Both the position numbers and the translations under genes were made by a program. The notes under the pieces are model-generated. The model did not search any database. It saw nothing but the letters and a program-made list of their open reading frames with translations, and was not told where the DNA came from. Of a DNA stretch of 64,000 nt, positions 61,893 through 64,000 are shown piece by piece (within the stretch, counting starts at the first letter, position 1; each line of letters starts with the position of its first letter). This DNA comes from Vicugna vicugna (Eukaryota), in contig MU058009.1 in assembly GCA_013265495.1 (NCBI GenBank), positions 4,532,739 to 4,596,738 on the forward strand, read 5' to 3'.

Positions 61893-62044
61893 CTAATAAG
61901 GCAGAGATGAGATAGGTCAAAAAGAACAATGTAAGAGGACTCCTGGCCTCCGCGAAGGTCCGGGGAAGCTGACGGCTGTGGGCTCTGAGTGCGTCACTGC
62001 AGCGAAGGAGCCACGACCACCAGTGGTAGGGACACCGGAATTTG

Positions 62045-62235
62045 CGGAAGTGCTTCCTCTGCCATCTGATTAGGGGCGGGGTCCTGGGAAGTCACTTCAG
62101 CCCTCTAAATCCTGGTTTGTTCATCTGTAAAATGGGGCTGATAACGGGGTTGTCTGCAAAGATCCAATGTGAGGACTCAGTGAGGCAGTGCGTGCAAAGG
62201 GTTTAGCGAAGTTCACTGGGAACGCTCAGGGCGTG
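62045..62235 (+). mobile_element. MIR SINE
   Basis: gtcctgggaagtcacttcagccctctaaatcctggtttgttcatctgtaaaatggggctgataac. Confidence 0.8.
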
Positions 62236-64000
62236 CAGGCTGCTGCTGGCTTTAGGGCTGCAGCCTGCAGAGGGGAAGAGGTTTATGCAAAGGCTGTATT
62301 TCAACAATGAGAAGATGAGCAGCCAAGATTGAAAAAGAAAAAAAAAGGAGACTGGTGAGAGCAAAAGCCACAATCACAAATGCTAGAAAAGCAGAGCGCT
62401 CTGAGGAGAGGAGGGGAGGGTGAGGACGGCCCCTGAAGGGGCAGGGGGGTCCCACGCAGCTGGGTAGAAATAAAGAGAGCGCTCAGCGAATTGCCTCTGG
62501 GACACCAACCAACTCAAAGGAGTCCCACTTAGCTTAATAAACCTGTTCTGTGTTACTCCCCGCGTTGCCCGGCCTTTGTCTTTGGAGACACGACTTGCAG
62601 CGCGTTCTAAAACCGGACATGCGCTGTTCTTCTGAGAAAACACCAGGAGCAGCAAAAGGAGACCCACCCAGTCACTACACACCAACCGGGTTCCACACGC
62701 ACGCCCGGGCTGCACGGACGCACAGCGGACCGCACAGTTCATCGTTTCCACCACTGAGCCACCGCTCCTGCCGTACAGGAAGGCACAGAACGTGACTTTC
62801 GTCTGTTACCAGCCATGACGGCTTCCGCTGTGTCGACAAAGTGTAGGGATCAGAACACAGAAGGAACCAGATCTATAATCATTAATGTATTAACACTTGG
62901 TAACATACTAATAGACCCATGTGAGTAATCTGTATTTCTACAGTATTAAAAAGTGGCTTATACCCGCCTTCTCTTGGCAGTCCCCTCGCTTTACAAAAAT
63001 CTGTGTAGATGGGAGCACGCGCATCACCGGACACCCTCGTAGGACTTCGAACGTGGCAGGACAACTATTATTTGTACACACCTGTCTCCCCACTCCACTG
63101 TTAGTAACGCAAGATAGTTTTTTGGTTTTTTGCTTTAATTTCTGTATTCCTGGGCGGTTGGTCCATGCCAGGCGAAGGTGAGACCCCCATGAACGCCAGC
63201 TGAGTGACCGAGCATCCACGTCACACTGCATTGTGGAGCCATTCCACTTTCCTAAGAAAAGTGGTCCCAGCTGCTGTCTAAAAACCACATCCGCCTGCTC
63301 AGTGTCCCTCACAGAAGCGCACGTGGGCACCCAGGACCCGTGCCCTTCTCCGGCATCATGTCCAATGAGGTGGGTGGGACGGAGTTGCTGCCCCATTCGG
63401 GTGAGCTTTTCCGATCTCCAGACCAGAGCACACATCTCCTGAACTGCGCTCTCCTGAGCTGGACTCAGTGATGACACGGCAGGGCAGGCCCGCCGGCCAG
63501 ACCAACCTAAGGGCCCTTGACCCTGAACACGGGCATCTGATCCATCACTGCGGATCCAGACGCAGGCGGTGCCTGTCTGCCTGGGGACTGCTGGTGCCTA
63601 ATATTTGCCTGGAACATACCAGGCACTCAGTAAATGCCATGGAAATATGAGGAAACGAACAAGCAACCTATTTAAGGGGAAAATGGCAGGTGGAACTGAA
63701 ATATCATCGACAAAGACCCGAGCAGAGGCCTGAATCAAAGACGGCAGGCCACGGGCAGGCACGGGTGAAATGACAAAACTCGGCAGCCGAGGGACCGGGC
63801 AGCACAGGCTCCGGATGCGCGTCTGCCGATCGCGGGCAGCGCAGGCTGCAGGCCAAAGGCGTTTAGAAGCTGAGGTTCCCCGGTTCTGAACTGCCTTCTC
63901 AGCAAGGCTGGCTCGACACTGGCTCAGAGGGAGGCTGCCGCACGCGTCCAGACACTTCTCGCCCTCTAGGTTAGACTCGGGCATGAAGCAGGGAGGCGGA

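Noticed and set aside
1..64000. CRISPR arrays, operons, phage or defence systems, rRNA and tRNA genes
   Set aside because: No repeat-spacer arrays, dense coding blocks or structured RNA genes seen; the sequence is mammalian intergenic or intronic DNA

Overview
This window is mammalian nuclear DNA, not prokaryotic or viral. It is GC- and CpG-rich and full of eutherian interspersed repeats: LINE-1, L2, MIR, MaLR/MLT1 LTRs, MER58A, a MER2-like end, an ERV1-type solo LTR and an ERV-L gag-pro-pol relic. The younger L1 3' ends look artiodactyl, most like camelid from memory, and I saw no Alu, B1/B2, Bov-A/tA, PRE-1 or SINEC. I recognise no intact named protein-coding gene, and almost all supplied ORFs are chance open frames. 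The clearest structures are (i) a twin-primed, 5'-inverted L1 with a 16-bp target-site duplication at 30086-31958, (ii) an ERV-L protease/RT remnant at about 34.7-36.0 kb and (iii) a CpG island at about 24.3-25.1 kb with GC boxes and a near-perfect CTCF core. More speculatively, two chains of minus-strand exon-like segments (about 61.9 to 40.7 kb and 24.4 to 6.0 kb) have good splice signals and compatible phases but carry stops or frameshifts. They may be decaying, unannotated genes or lncRNAs. Repeat subfamily names come from remembered consensus sequences, and boundaries of old repeats are approximate.
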